Of a DNA stretch of 64,000 nucleotides, positions 36,674 through 46,997 are shown piece after piece (the stretch's first letter is position 1; every line of letters begins with the position of its first letter). The notes beneath the pieces were generated by a model. It did no database searches, was not told the DNA's origin, and saw only the letters and a program-made list of their open reading frames with translations. This stretch comes from an uncultured Candidatus Saccharibacteria bacterium. Lineage in GTDB: Bacteria > Patescibacteriota > Doudnabacteria > UBA920. The position numbers and the translations under genes are program-made. The DNA lies in contig CAZFTX010000001.1 in NCBI GenBank assembly GCA_964521955.1, positions 42,386-106,385 of the forward strand. The letters are read 5' to 3'.

Positions 36674-37729
36674 TTACTTCGGAATCATTCCAAAATCAGC
36701 AGGGACTAAAACATCCTTCAAAGTTTCCAAATCCTCAACTACAACACCTGTGCCTCTAACCACACAAGTAAGCGGATCTTCCGCAATAGTGATTGGCATA
36801 GCGGTGGCCTCTCCAACTAGTTTGTCTAAATCTCTTAAGAGCGCCCCGCCCCCGGCTAGTATTATTCCTCGGTTCATAATGTCAGAAATTATTTCCGGCG
36901 GAATCTCTTCTACAACACTTTTAATACTATTAACAATTGACTTTAAACTATGCATTAAAGCTTCCCTAGCTTGAGTATCTGAAATTGTTACTTCTTTAGG
37001 TAATCCAGTAACCAAATCCCTTCCGCGCATTTGGGTATACATTGCCTGTTCTTGGGGATAAGCACTCCCTACTCTAATTTTAACGTCTTCAGCAGTTCTC
37101 TCTCCCAAAAGTAAATTAAAATGCTCCCTTGCATACTGCATAATATTTTGATTCATTTCATCCCCGGCAATACGTAAAGACTTGGAAACCACTATTCCAC
37201 CCAAAGAAATAACTGCTATTTCCGTTGTTCCTCCACCAATATCAACTATCATAGAACCAGTTGCGTCTTGAACCGGCAACCTACTACCAATAGCTGCAGC
37301 CATAGGTTCTTCTATTAAAAACGCGGCTGATGCTCCTGCGTTTATAGCAGCATCTACCACAGCTCTTTTTTCTACTTCCGTTACACCGGAAGGTATTCCA
37401 ATAACCACCCTGGGTCTGCGTAAAAAAGCGTAAGTCTGACTATGGACTTTGTCTATAAAATACCTCAGCATGGCTTCTGTCACTTCAAAATCCGAAATCA
37501 CCCCGTCAACCAAAGGACGAGTCGCTACTATATAAGGAGGAGTACGACCAACCATTTTTCTGGCATCGTTACCAATTGCCAAAATTTGTTTAGTCCTTTG
37601 ATTAATAGCCACAACACTAGGCTCGTTAATCACAATCCCTTTGCCTTTTACATACACAAGAGTATTAGCAGTACCAAGGTCAATGCCAATGTCTTTTGAA
37701 AAATGTTGGTAGAGTCTATCAAAAATCAT
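36674..37729 (-). CDS. mreB: rod shape-determining actin homolog MreB
   Basis: IGIDLGTANTLVYV phosphate-1 motif and DIGGGTTE phosphate-2 motif. Start set to the ATG for MIFDRLY; the GTG-extended ORF would run into a palindrome. Confidence 0.95.
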   Translation of the reverse strand: MIFDRLYQHFSKDIGIDLGTANTLVYVKGKGIVINEPSVVAINQRTKQILAIGNDARKMVGRTPPYIVATRPLVDGVISDFEVTEAMLRYFIDKVHSQTYAFLRRPRVVIGIPSGVTEVEKRAVVDAAINAGASAAFLIEEPMAAAIGSRLPVQDATGSMIVDIGGGTTEIAVISLGGIVVSKSLRIAGDEMNQNIMQYAREHFNLLLGERTAEDVKIRVGSAYPQEQAMYTQMRGRDLVTGLPKEVTISDTQAREALMHSLKSIVNSIKSVVEEIPPEIISDIMNRGIILAGGGALLRDLDKLVGEATAMPITIAEDPLTCVVRGTGVVVEDLETLKDVLVPADFGMIPK

Positions 37730-37738
37730 TTGTGTTTT

Positions 37739-37774
37739 ACCCAGCACCACTTTTTTAAAAAAGTGGTGCTGGGT
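37739..37774. terminator. perfect 17-bp inverted repeat (acccagcaccactttttt|aaaaaagtggtgctgggt), probably a bidirectional terminator
   Basis: Exact palindrome read in the sequence, about 110 nt downstream of proS and just upstream of the mreB start. The T/A runs form the centre. Confidence 0.55.
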
Positions 37775-37882
37775 TTATCTTTCTTTTCATTTAGCTAAAA
37801 TTAAAAATATCCAAAAAACCAGATTTTGAATATTTTTAATGGGTTTTATTTTAAACCGAAAATTTTGTCGGGAAAATTTTAA

Positions 37883-39112
37883 CTAAACTTTTAAAAAACT
37901 TTGTAATTCTTTAAGAGGAACCAATTCGGTTTTTTCTTCAGATCGCCTTTTTGCCTCTACAGAGTCTTTTTCTATGGTTTTTGGAGAAACGACAATTCTA
38001 AGAGGAATTCCTATAAGGTCGCTGTCTGCAAATTTTACCCCAGCAGACACTTCTCTGTCATCCCATAATACCTCAATCCCCTGTTTAAGTAAATCCTCAT
38101 ACACCTTTTTACTTTCACTTTCCGCACCTTTAAGCGAAATTAAATGAACCCTAAAAGGCGCGACGCTTTCAGGCCAAATAATTCCTTTACTATCATGATA
38201 TTTTTCCACCAAAACCCCCATAAGACGACTTGTACCAATACCATAACAACCCATAAGCACTTTTTGTTTACTTCCTTCTGTGTCAGTAAATTGCAAATTA
38301 AAAGCTGCGGAAAACTTATCCATAAGTTTAAAAATATTTCCAACTTCTGAGGCTGTAGTCTCTCTCCAAGTTGTTTTACAACAATTTGTACATTCAATAC
38401 CTTGAGAAAATATCTCTTTGTTTTTAGCCATGTTACACTTTTCGCAAATATAAATTGTGTCTTCACCATTTTCAATTTCTACCTGAAATTCGTGTGAAAA
38501 TTTAGAAAAACTCCCCCCTGAAGCTTCTGTATAAATTGCTTTTAAGCCTAGGGCTTCAAAAACTTTTTTATACGCAGGAACTGCAACTTCGTTATAGTAT
38601 TTTTCCAAATCTTCTTCAGAAGCATGAAAACTGTAAAGGTCTTTCATCCTAAATTCACGGCCACGCATTAAACCGGACTTAGCCCGTGCCTCGTCTCTAA
38701 ACTTAGTTTGAATTTGGTAAACTGCCAAAGGCAAGTCTCTGTAACTGTTTATAATTGGCAAAGCCAATGGTGTCACAACTTCTTCATGGGTTGGACCTAG
38801 TGCATATTCGTAACCATGAATTGATTTAATTTTAAAAAGAATGTCTAAAGTCTTCCATCTATCTGTAGTCTCCCAGTTAGCTTTTGGGTGTAAAGAAGGC
38901 ATAAAAATTTCTTGACCGCCAATATTTTCCATCTCCTTTCTTACAATATTTTCAATTTTCGCCAAAACTTTCATCCCCAAAGGCAGATAAGAATACACTC
39001 CGGCCATTGTCTTTTGCACAAAACCACCCTGCTCTAAAAGCATAGCGTTTACAGAAACGTCATCTGCCGGTTTAGTCTTACTAGTTTTTAAGAAATATTT
39101 TGACTGTAGCAT
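37883..39112 (-). CDS. proS: prolyl-tRNA synthetase (short form lacking the editing insertion)
   Basis: Class II motifs (FRDEARAKSGLMRGREFRMKD, GCYGIGTSR) and a C-terminal anticodon-binding domain. 409 aa. Confidence 0.85.
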   Translation of the reverse strand: MLQSKYFLKTSKTKPADDVSVNAMLLEQGGFVQKTMAGVYSYLPLGMKVLAKIENIVRKEMENIGGQEIFMPSLHPKANWETTDRWKTLDILFKIKSIHGYEYALGPTHEEVVTPLALPIINSYRDLPLAVYQIQTKFRDEARAKSGLMRGREFRMKDLYSFHASEEDLEKYYNEVAVPAYKKVFEALGLKAIYTEASGGSFSKFSHEFQVEIENGEDTIYICEKCNMAKNKEIFSQGIECTNCCKTTWRETTASEVGNIFKLMDKFSAAFNLQFTDTEGSKQKVLMGCYGIGTSRLMGVLVEKYHDSKGIIWPESVAPFRVHLISLKGAESESKKVYEDLLKQGIEVLWDDREVSAGVKFADSDLIGIPLRIVVSPKTIEKDSVEAKRRSEEKTELVPLKELQSFLKV

Positions 39113-39115
39113 ATT

Positions 39116-40264
39116 CTAAATAATTCCTTTTACATCTTTAATTGTCACTAAAAGCATTAAAAGCAAAAGCAAAGCAAAACCTGCGGCATTTGCCCACTGT
39201 TCTATTTTTTGATTATTCTTTTTGCCTCGAATTTTTTCTACAATCAAAAACAAAACTCTTCCGCCATCCAACGCCGGAAAGGGAAGAATGTTTAATATAG
39301 CTAAATTCAAAGACAAAAATGAAGTAAACTGCAATAAATATACCCAACCTAAATCTGCCACTTCGCCGGTTAGTTTAGCAATCCTTACCGGTCCGCCTAA
39401 ATTGTCCAAAGAAGGTTTATTTGCAAAGAATTCATACAAACCCACAACTATGCTTTTCAACTGAAAAACCGTAGTTTTTGCGCCTTCAGCAAAAGCAGTA
39501 AAGACAGGATATTTTAACTTCCCCATATAAGCCAAAGCTATACCAGTAGGGCCCTGATCCTCAGTGGGCACTTGTGATTGAACTTTAATATCCTGGGTAC
39601 TTTCACCACGCTTAATGGTAAAAACCAATTCTTTTCCTGCGTTTTCTCTAATATAACTTTGCAAATCTTGCAAAATTGTTACATCTTGTCCGTCAATTTT
39701 TAAAACTATATCTGTTGGCTTAATTCCGGCTTTTTCTGCGGGAAAATCTTTAACTACTTCTATAATTGCTACTTGCTTATTTATAAATTGGGCATTTTTC
39801 GGCAAATCTTCAGGGTTGTCTAAAGCCACAGGCAAACCGGCAATATAACCGCCTGAAGTTAAAACCCAAGCTAAAATTACATTCATAGTCACCCCGGCAA
39901 CCAGTGTAAAAAACCTGCCCCAAAAAGGACGGTTAATAAACGAACGAGGGTCATTTTCCTGCTCGTTGTTTTCTCCCATAATTTTCACAAACCCACCAAG
40001 AGGAATTAAATTAATGGAATACAAAGTTGAATCAGGGGCTTGCCCCGTTTGATCCCCACCTTCAATAGGTAATTCTTTTGGATGACCAAAAACAACCTTC
40101 CAACCGCTAGACGTTTTTTTTACACCGATCAAACGGGGAGGAAAACCAAACCCAAACTCTTCCACTTTCATCCCGCTTTTTTTGGCAACAATAAAATGCC
40201 CAAATTCATGGACTAAAACCAAAACTGCAAGTACTGCTATAAAAATTAGAGCTGTGATTAACAT
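39116..40264 (-). CDS. rseP: RIP site-2 zinc metalloprotease RseP
   Basis: HEFGH zinc motif at the N-terminus, a PDZ domain, a C-terminal LDGG motif, multi-TM. Confidence 0.85.
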   Translation of the reverse strand: MLITALIFIAVLAVLVLVHEFGHFIVAKKSGMKVEEFGFGFPPRLIGVKKTSSGWKVVFGHPKELPIEGGDQTGQAPDSTLYSINLIPLGGFVKIMGENNEQENDPRSFINRPFWGRFFTLVAGVTMNVILAWVLTSGGYIAGLPVALDNPEDLPKNAQFINKQVAIIEVVKDFPAEKAGIKPTDIVLKIDGQDVTILQDLQSYIRENAGKELVFTIKRGESTQDIKVQSQVPTEDQGPTGIALAYMGKLKYPVFTAFAEGAKTTVFQLKSIVVGLYEFFANKPSLDNLGGPVRIAKLTGEVADLGWVYLLQFTSFLSLNLAILNILPFPALDGGRVLFLIVEKIRGKKNNQKIEQWANAAGFALLLLLMLLVTIKDVKGII

Positions 40265-40344
40265 ATATATAAACTTTTCTATTTCTTTCTATTATTCTTA
40301 ATTTTTGTCAATTTTGTTCAATTTTATTTATTTTTGTCATTACT

Positions 40345-40902
40345 CTACACTGTCATTATTTCTTTTTCTTTGCTTTCCGCGTGCTCTTTAATTTCTAAGT
40401 TTAACTTGTCTATAACTTCTTGTAATTTTTTTTGTCCGCCGGTCAAGTCATCTTTGCTTATTTTTCCATCCGCTTCTGCTTTTTTCATTTCTTTCATAAC
40501 TGACTCCCGAACATTTCTAACTCCAATTCTTGCTTTTTCCGCAGTCTGTCCGACCATTTTAACCATTTCTTTTCTTCTTTGTTCGTTTAAGGCGGGTAAA
40601 GTAATACGTATTACCGTGCCGTCACTGGAAGGGTTAAAACCCAAATTTGCAACTTGAATCCCTTTTTCAATAGCTTGCATTTGGCTTTTGTCCCAAGGAC
40701 TAATTACCAAAGTTTTTGCGTCTGAAACTGAAACACTAGCCACATGTTCCAGTGGCATTTTTGAACCGTAACTTTCTACCATAACAGTATTAAGCAAAGC
40801 TGGGTTTGCCCTTCCGGTTCTTATACCTGAAAGCTCGTGCAAAAAATGTTCTATGGCTTTGTCGAACTCGCTCTTACTACTTTCAATAATTTGTTGAATC
40901 AT
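40345..40902 (-). CDS. frr: ribosome recycling factor
   Basis: VIRITLPALNEQRRKEMVK is diagnostic of RRF. Start moved to MIQQIIES. Confidence 0.9.
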   Translation of the reverse strand: MIQQIIESSKSEFDKAIEHFLHELSGIRTGRANPALLNTVMVESYGSKMPLEHVASVSVSDAKTLVISPWDKSQMQAIEKGIQVANLGFNPSSDGTVIRITLPALNEQRRKEMVKMVGQTAEKARIGVRNVRESVMKEMKKAEADGKISKDDLTGGQKKLQEVIDKLNLEIKEHAESKEKEIMTV

Positions 40903-40994
40903 AAAAATGAAAAATGTAAACCTCAAACTGTAAAATATAGGTGTCCCGCTTCGCGGGACTCTATAATTTTCAATTTTGATTTTTAAAGTTTAAA

Positions 40995-42065
40995 TTACTC
41001 AATATATACTCCTGCATATACTATTTGTGGCAACTCAGGGTCTACTAAAATATAGTTCACAAACCCGTTTGTGGCAATGCCTTGAGTTTGCCACGAGCTA
41101 CCTCCGTCTAAAGACTTGTAAATTGTGCTTCCCACGCTCGTAAATACTATATTACTACTACTTCTAGCGATGTAAATAGCCCTTGCATTAGACTCACCTT
41201 CTTTAATTGGAAGTTTTAAAAGCTCCCAAACTCCACCACCGTTGGTTGTTTTATAAACCCCGTTACTTGTAGCTAAATAAATTAAATTGCTGCTAAATGG
41301 ATCTAAGTAAAACTGGTTAAATGCTTCTACCCCTTGAGTATTATAAGTTAAGCTAGAAAAATTAATATCCCTAGCCAAGGTCTTACTAATATTTTCAAAG
41401 CTCTCTGCAAAACCAACACTTTTAAACAACCCCTTGGTCCTGGTAAGAACATAAACAGAATTGTTTTGCCAAATAATTCTTTGAATCCTATCACTAAAAT
41501 TTGTAGCTAAAATCCAAGAACCTCCGCCGTCAGCACTTTTAATTAAACTCCCGGAAGCTGTGCCAATTAAAACCTGACTAGTGTTGTTTGGGTTTATGCT
41601 CACACTTCTAACTGGATTTTCTGTGCCTTGTTCATTGTAAACCTCCACCCAAGAAGCACCTCCATCAGTAGTTTTTAAAAGCTTTCCAAAAGTTCCAAAA
41701 AAACCGGCGGCATACATAACATTAGAATTGTTTGGATCAATGGCAAAGTCATAAACTCCAACCTTTGAAAGTATACTGTACCAACTTGCACCTGAATCGT
41801 CGCTTTTAGCAATACCTAAATTGTAGCTGGAAGCATACACCACTTCCCGGTGATGTGGATTTAAAGCTATTTTTGAAATAGCATAAGGGTTTAAAGTACC
41901 CTGAGTTTCGTCTTTAAAAATATTAGAAAACTGCCAATCCGCTCCACCATTTACAGTTTTAACTACTCCTGCAGTTTCCGCTTTCCTTAAAGGATTACAA
42001 GAAGCCCCTAAAAAAACTACTGAGATTAAAATAATAAATATTTTTGTTTTCTCTTTTGTTGTCAT
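40995..42065 (-). CDS. BNR/Asp-box repeat beta-propeller lipoprotein
   Basis: Lipobox LGASC, and at least five S/T-x-D-G-G-x-S/T-W Asp-box repeats (SDDSGASW, TTDGGASW, SADGGGSW, TTNGGGVW, SLDGGSSW). Confidence 0.7.
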   Translation of the reverse strand: MTTKEKTKIFIILISVVFLGASCNPLRKAETAGVVKTVNGGADWQFSNIFKDETQGTLNPYAISKIALNPHHREVVYASSYNLGIAKSDDSGASWYSILSKVGVYDFAIDPNNSNVMYAAGFFGTFGKLLKTTDGGASWVEVYNEQGTENPVRSVSINPNNTSQVLIGTASGSLIKSADGGGSWILATNFSDRIQRIIWQNNSVYVLTRTKGLFKSVGFAESFENISKTLARDINFSSLTYNTQGVEAFNQFYLDPFSSNLIYLATSNGVYKTTNGGGVWELLKLPIKEGESNARAIYIARSSSNIVFTSVGSTIYKSLDGGSSWQTQGIATNGFVNYILVDPELPQIVYAGVYIE

Positions 42066-42143
42066 TGTCGATTAATTCTTATTTATAATAAATTGCATAT
42101 TATTTTATCTGTGTAATCTGTCCGCCATCCGCGTATCAGCGGT

Positions 42144-42884
42144 CTATATTTTTAAAAACAAAGACTGTAAAAGCATTTTTTTGTTCCTGTTTAAATCTAA
42201 CTGTTTCAAAATTTCTGAAAAAACTCGAACCCTAGCAAAATTTTCCGGTCGCTGGCTTAAACTTTCAACTTCCAAATCTTGCCAAGTTTGCAAAACCTCC
42301 TTTAACTCAGCTATTTCTTTTTCTGCATATTCAGTAACTTTTAAAAGCCTGTCTGAAACAGAAGCTTTTTTTAATACTTTCAATTCATTTTCTAAGCTAG
42401 AAATATTTTCATTTTCAGTAAAATGAGCCCTTTGTTTTTGGGACGAGCGATTGAAATTTAAAGTTTGACACCTTGAAACTATAGTCGGTAAAAGCCTTTT
42501 GTTGGAAATCAGTATTAAGACAGCGGCTGGAGGCGGTTCTTCCAAAGTTTTAAGTAGCGCGTTTGAGCTTTGTTCATTTAAATTTTGGGCGTTGTCTATA
42601 ACAGCAACTTTAAATTTTGAAATAAAAGGTTTAAAAGAAACTTGGGTAATAAACTGCCTAACCTTTTCAACTCCAATTTCTTCTTGTGACTCTAAAATCT
42701 GAAAGTCAGGATGAGTTTCTAATTTTTCATTTTTTAAAACTGCTTTTGCAAATTCTAAGGCCAAAGCTTTTTTTCCGATAGAATTAGGACCATAAAACCA
42801 GTAAGCGTGAGGCAATCTGCCTGAAGCTTCTTGTTTTTCTAAAATATGTTTTACATTCTCGTGACCTAAAGTTTTCCATTCCAT
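42144..42884 (-). CDS. holB: DNA polymerase III delta' subunit
   Basis: AAA+ clamp-loader fold with GPNSIGKK in place of a full Walker A, and a T.EEPP box (LEEPPPAAV). Confidence 0.75.
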   Translation of the reverse strand: MEWKTLGHENVKHILEKQEASGRLPHAYWFYGPNSIGKKALALEFAKAVLKNEKLETHPDFQILESQEEIGVEKVRQFITQVSFKPFISKFKVAVIDNAQNLNEQSSNALLKTLEEPPPAAVLILISNKRLLPTIVSRCQTLNFNRSSQKQRAHFTENENISSLENELKVLKKASVSDRLLKVTEYAEKEIAELKEVLQTWQDLEVESLSQRPENFARVRVFSEILKQLDLNRNKKMLLQSLFLKI

Positions 42885-42978
42885 AACAACCTTTACTAAT
42901 TACTAATTTATACAAATATATGAATTTTTATAACACATTAGTATATTGGTAAGTTATTAGTATTTCGTAAATACTAAA

Positions 42979-43515
42979 TTATCTAGCACTAACATTAATT
43001 GAACCGAATACTGAAGAATTTAAGTGATCATGAAACTTCCAATTTCCGGCTTTTAAAAAAGTAAACTGCCACTTTGCCCCACTCGCGATTGGGTCTTTTG
43101 GGTCAAATTCAGGGTAGTCTGTATGAGTAGGGTGAGGAGCTGAAGCGGGCCACATATCCCCTTCGCTTTTATTTCTAAAGACTACTATATCTCCAACCTT
43201 AATATTAAGAGTAGCGGGAGAAAAAGCCTTACCGTCGTATACTATTTCAGAAACTAAAATATCAGGCGCCAAACCTTCAGCTTCACTGCCATCACTAAAA
43301 GTACTGGGTGCAGGTTTTTTTAATTCCGGTACCTGTTCAGGCTCAGTACCTAGATCGTTTATTGCCACCTGAGTTTGGGGAGAGTTTGTGTCTTTGATTT
43401 CAGAATCTTGCTCTTGATTGCTTGGAGCTATCGCTTTTTTGCTGTTTTGAGTATAAAAATAAAACCCAACACCAGCTAATATTAAAACCCCAATTATAAT
43501 TGATATTTTTTTCAT
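42979..43515 (-). CDS. secreted/membrane-anchored cupredoxin-like (CopC/plastocyanin-fold) protein, function unknown
   Basis: N-terminal TM, His-rich HPTHTD and FHDH motifs with a beta-rich C-terminus. No Cys ligand, so not a classical blue-copper site. Confidence 0.35.
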   Translation of the reverse strand: MKKISIIIGVLILAGVGFYFYTQNSKKAIAPSNQEQDSEIKDTNSPQTQVAINDLGTEPEQVPELKKPAPSTFSDGSEAEGLAPDILVSEIVYDGKAFSPATLNIKVGDIVVFRNKSEGDMWPASAPHPTHTDYPEFDPKDPIASGAKWQFTFLKAGNWKFHDHLNSSVFGSINVSAR

Positions 43516-43571
43516 AAAGATTTAATCCTAATCTTAAAATAATGCTATAATTATAGCATAAAATTGATTTT

Positions 43572-43712
43572 TATGAGAAAAAACAAGATTGAAGACGTCT
43601 TTATAAAAGCAAAACGCCGGGAAATTAAGAAACGCCCGAGAATGAAAGTTCACGGTCTTTCTTTAAAACTGAAAAATGCTCATGGCGGAAAAAAATTGGT
43701 GTCACAAAAGTA
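43572..43712 (+). CDS. possible small basic protein (46 aa), unannotated in the ORF track
   Basis: ATG..TAA ORF MRKNKIEDVFIKAKRREIKKRPRMKVHGLSLKLKNAHGGKKLVSQK in an otherwise empty 250-bp spacer upstream of miaA. No SD and no family recognised. Confidence 0.2.
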
Positions 43713-43764
43713 AATTTAGACATCCCCCCGAGCGAATCCCGACCAGATCGGGACGAACCGAGGG

Positions 43765-44706
43765 GTGCCCAATAAACCTATGAATTTAAAAAAAATTCTT
43801 GTCTTAATCGGACCCACAGCTTCGGGCAAGTCTGAACTAGGTGTCAGTCTCGCTAAAAAATTCAATGGAGAAATTATTTCTGCTGACAGTCGCCAAATTT
43901 ACAAAGATATGGACTTAGGTACAGGTAAGGTGGAGGGTAAATGGAAAAAAGATATTTTTATTTACAAAAATATCCCTCACCACTGCATTGATTTTATAAA
44001 TCCAAAAGTTAGGTTCTCTGTAGCACGTTTTCAAAAAAATACCAAAAAAATAATTGCCGATATTTTAAAGCGCGGCAAATTGCCTATTTTAGTAGGAGGA
44101 ACCGGCCACTACATAGACGCGGTTGTTTACAATATACAACTGCCAAACGTAAAACCCAATCTTGCCTTAAGAAAAAAATTAGAGCAATTCCCTACCGAAC
44201 GCCTATTTGCACAAATTAAAAACAAAGACCCAATTAGGGCAAAAACTATCGACCCTCACAACCGTCGTCGCCTCATCCGTGCCCTGGAAATAATCCTTAC
44301 CACCGGCAAACCGGTTCCTGTTCTACCTACAAGCTACGAGCTACAAGCTAACAACTATGATTCCTTATGGCTCGGCATTACCCTCCCCCAAGAAACACTC
44401 TATAAAAAAATAGAAAAACGCCTGAAGGAAAGACTTAAGTTAGGAATGATTAAAGAAGTTGAAAAACTTAAAAAATCAGGGCTCTCCTACAAACGCCTTG
44501 AGTCTTTTGGTTTGGAGTATAAATTCATAGCACTGTATTTACAAAAGAAAATTACTTACAAAGAAATGGAAGAAAAACTTCTCTTTGCAATTAAACACTA
44601 TTCCAAAAGACAACTCACTTGGTGGAAAAAAAACAAGGAAATTCACTGGATAAAACCAAACTTAACCAAAGCTACTAAACTGACTCAACAATTTTTATCC
44701 CAATAG
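43765..44706 (+). CDS. miaA: tRNA dimethylallyltransferase
   Basis: P-loop GPTASGKS and SADSRQIYKDMDLGTGK are canonical MiaA. Confidence 0.9.
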   Translation: MPNKPMNLKKILVLIGPTASGKSELGVSLAKKFNGEIISADSRQIYKDMDLGTGKVEGKWKKDIFIYKNIPHHCIDFINPKVRFSVARFQKNTKKIIADILKRGKLPILVGGTGHYIDAVVYNIQLPNVKPNLALRKKLEQFPTERLFAQIKNKDPIRAKTIDPHNRRRLIRALEIILTTGKPVPVLPTSYELQANNYDSLWLGITLPQETLYKKIEKRLKERLKLGMIKEVEKLKKSGLSYKRLESFGLEYKFIALYLQKKITYKEMEEKLLFAIKHYSKRQLTWWKKNKEIHWIKPNLTKATKLTQQFLSQ

Positions 44707-44782
44707 TCTTCTCTGTTCACTAAGCTTAAACCTTGACTTAGGTTTTTTAGTTACATACAATTCCTGTGCCAAGGAGGCAGTT

Positions 44783-45022
44783 ATGAACACACCTGCGACA
44801 GCAGGCTCACGCATCACGAAGAGTTTCGAGACATCCCCTGATGATCAAGTGAAAATCGCAAGGAGCTTGTTTCCAGCTTGTCACAGCGACCTAATCACAA
44901 GCAACTTCTTTGAACCTGGCAAGAAACCACCCGTCACCTGCCCTGACACGGACAGTGACTCGCCTACATACCAGTTTCCCACACCACTAAACGGCATTCC
45001 GTTCATGACGGAAAACGACTAA
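44783..45022 (+). CDS. hypothetical small protein (GC-rich island 3)
   Basis: AAGGAGG 6 nt before the ATG; about 55% GC; no recognised domain. Confidence 0.4.
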   Translation: MNTPATAGSRITKSFETSPDDQVKIARSLFPACHSDLITSNFFEPGKKPPVTCPDTDSDSPTYQFPTPLNGIPFMTEND

Positions 45023-45043
45023 CAATCAACCTAGGAGGCAAGC

Positions 45044-45265
45044 ATGCCATACCAAACAAGAAACGGCACAGTGATTAAAACAGTGACCTATGATAAAACC
45101 ACTGGGAACATGAAAGTCGAAATTGCCCCTGATCGCGACCCAAGGATCGACGAAGCACTGGCAGAATTCCAGCGCCTAACGGCAGGCATGTTGGACGCAG
45201 CAACCCGCGACAGTGTTGACCGAGCTTTCGTGCAACTTGCAGAGAAACTCCTTCTGGAAAACTGA
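45044..45265 (+). CDS. hypothetical small protein (GC-rich island 3)
   Basis: TAGGAGG SD before the ATG; 73 aa. Confidence 0.4.
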   Translation: MPYQTRNGTVIKTVTYDKTTGNMKVEIAPDRDPRIDEALAEFQRLTAGMLDAATRDSVDRAFVQLAEKLLLEN

Positions 45266-45272
45266 CGACACC

Positions 45273-45413
45273 ATGACTGACAACTATCAACCCTTGCCTG
45301 AAGAGGAACCCTCTGAAACCAATGTCATACCAGCACAGTCGCAAGAACCCCAGTCAGCCGATCCCCATCCAGCCGCCGACCACACTTCTGTGCCCGAGGA
45401 TTACCATTGGTAG
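45273..45413 (+). CDS. hypothetical small acidic protein (GC-rich island 3)
   Basis: In-frame ATG (MTDNYQPLPEEE...) 7 nt after the previous stop. Weak support. Confidence 0.25.
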   Translation: MTDNYQPLPEEEPSETNVIPAQSQEPQSADPHPAADHTSVPEDYHW

Positions 45414-45429
45414 ACTCTCGACACTCGCA

Positions 45430-45473
45430 AAACGCCGCCTCCGACACTCTCGGAAGCGGCGTTCCCTTTTTTC
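45430..45473 (+). terminator. rho-independent terminator
   Basis: aacgccgcctccg-N7-cggaagcggcgtt stem followed by cccttttttc. Confidence 0.6.
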
Positions 45474-45499
45474 TTGCCCTAATTACTTAGCGCTTAGCC

Positions 45500-46975
45500 C
45501 TATCCCAGCTTCTTCTTAAGAAGTTGATTGATCACTCCCGGATTCCCTTTACCCTTCAATTCTTTCATTGTCTGACCAACTAAAAACCCAAAAGACTTTT
45601 GTTCACCGGCTTTAAAATCTTGCACAGCTTTCTCATTTGCTTTTATAACTTTTTCAACAGCAACTTCAATAGCACTTTCGTCGCTCACCTGTTCTAAACC
45701 TAAGTCAGCTACAATATTGTCCGGCTCCCCGCCTTTTTCAAACATGACTTTAAACACTTGCTTAGCTGCACTGCCGGAAATTTTTCCCTGATCAATCAAT
45801 TTAATTAATTCAGCAAAATTTTCCGCAGTAACACAAGAATCCTTTGGATTAAAAAGTTTTTGGTTTAACGCAGCTGAAAACTCTTGCAAACACCAATTCG
45901 CAGCTTGCTTAATCAAACCCTGTCTATCCAAACCTTTTTCTTCTATCATCCACCCGTCCAGCTCACTAACCACTTCTTCAAAAAAATAAGCAAGTTCTTT
46001 CCAGTTAACCAAATTTTCAACATCCATCTCTGTTAAACCAAATTCTTCTTTAAACCTGGTTCTCTTTTGTGCCGGCAGTTCAGGGATACGTGCTTTTAAT
46101 TTTTCTAAAAACTCTTTATCAAATTTCAAAATTGGCAAATCCGGTTCCGGAAAATACCTATAATCATTCGCTTCTTCTTTACTTCTTTGCTCAACAGTTA
46201 CGTTTTCTTTTTCGTTCCAGCCCATGGTAACTTGTTTAGGCATGTCACCATTTTTTAAACTTTGAGTTTGCCTGACAATTTCATAATTAATTGCACTCTC
46301 AGCAAACTTAAAGGAGTTAATGTTTTTAACTTCCACTTTGTACTTTGGCAATGTTTCTTCACCGGGTTTTCTTACTGAAATGCTTGGCTCACAACGCATG
46401 GTACCTTTTTCCATGTCACAAGAAGAGGCTCCAACATAACGAATAATATTTCTAAGTTCTGTTAAAAATATCCTGGCTTCTTCCCCGCTTTCAATGTCTG
46501 GTTCGGTCACAACTTCTAAAAGCGGCGCACCTGCGCGGTTGTAATCAACTAAACTGTAAGACAAACCTTCAGGGTGAATATTTTTCCCAGCGTCTTCTTC
46601 TAAATGAGCACGTGTAATACGAACTCGTTTAACTTTGCCTTGCACGGTTATATCTAAATAGCCATTCTTAGCAATTGGTTGGTCAAACTGAGAAATTTGG
46701 TATCCTTTTGGCAAGTCAGGATAAAAGTAATGCTTTCGGTCAAACTTTGAAAATTCCGGAATTTCACAATTCAAAGCCAAACCTACCATAGCTGCAAGAC
46801 GTATAGCTTCTTTGTTAGCCACAGGTAAAGTTCCGGGCTGCCCAGTAACTATTTCGTCTATGTTAGTGTTAGGAACAGTTTCGTCGGGGTTATTTGGAGC
46901 AGGCGAAAACATCTTACTCTTTGTAGCAAGTTGTACGTGTATTTCAAGTCCAATTACTGGTCTAAATTCCGACAT
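45500..46975 (-). CDS. gatB: Asp/Glu-tRNA amidotransferase subunit B
   Basis: FRPVIGLEIHVQL N-terminus and GatB/YqeY C-terminal domain. Start moved to MSEFRPV; the upstream extension would overlap gatA. Confidence 0.9.
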   Translation of the reverse strand: MSEFRPVIGLEIHVQLATKSKMFSPAPNNPDETVPNTNIDEIVTGQPGTLPVANKEAIRLAAMVGLALNCEIPEFSKFDRKHYFYPDLPKGYQISQFDQPIAKNGYLDITVQGKVKRVRITRAHLEEDAGKNIHPEGLSYSLVDYNRAGAPLLEVVTEPDIESGEEARIFLTELRNIIRYVGASSCDMEKGTMRCEPSISVRKPGEETLPKYKVEVKNINSFKFAESAINYEIVRQTQSLKNGDMPKQVTMGWNEKENVTVEQRSKEEANDYRYFPEPDLPILKFDKEFLEKLKARIPELPAQKRTRFKEEFGLTEMDVENLVNWKELAYFFEEVVSELDGWMIEEKGLDRQGLIKQAANWCLQEFSAALNQKLFNPKDSCVTAENFAELIKLIDQGKISGSAAKQVFKVMFEKGGEPDNIVADLGLEQVSDESAIEVAVEKVIKANEKAVQDFKAGEQKSFGFLVGQTMKELKGKGNPGVINQLLKKKLG

Positions 46976-46997
46976 TAATTTAAAAATGTTTAAATGT

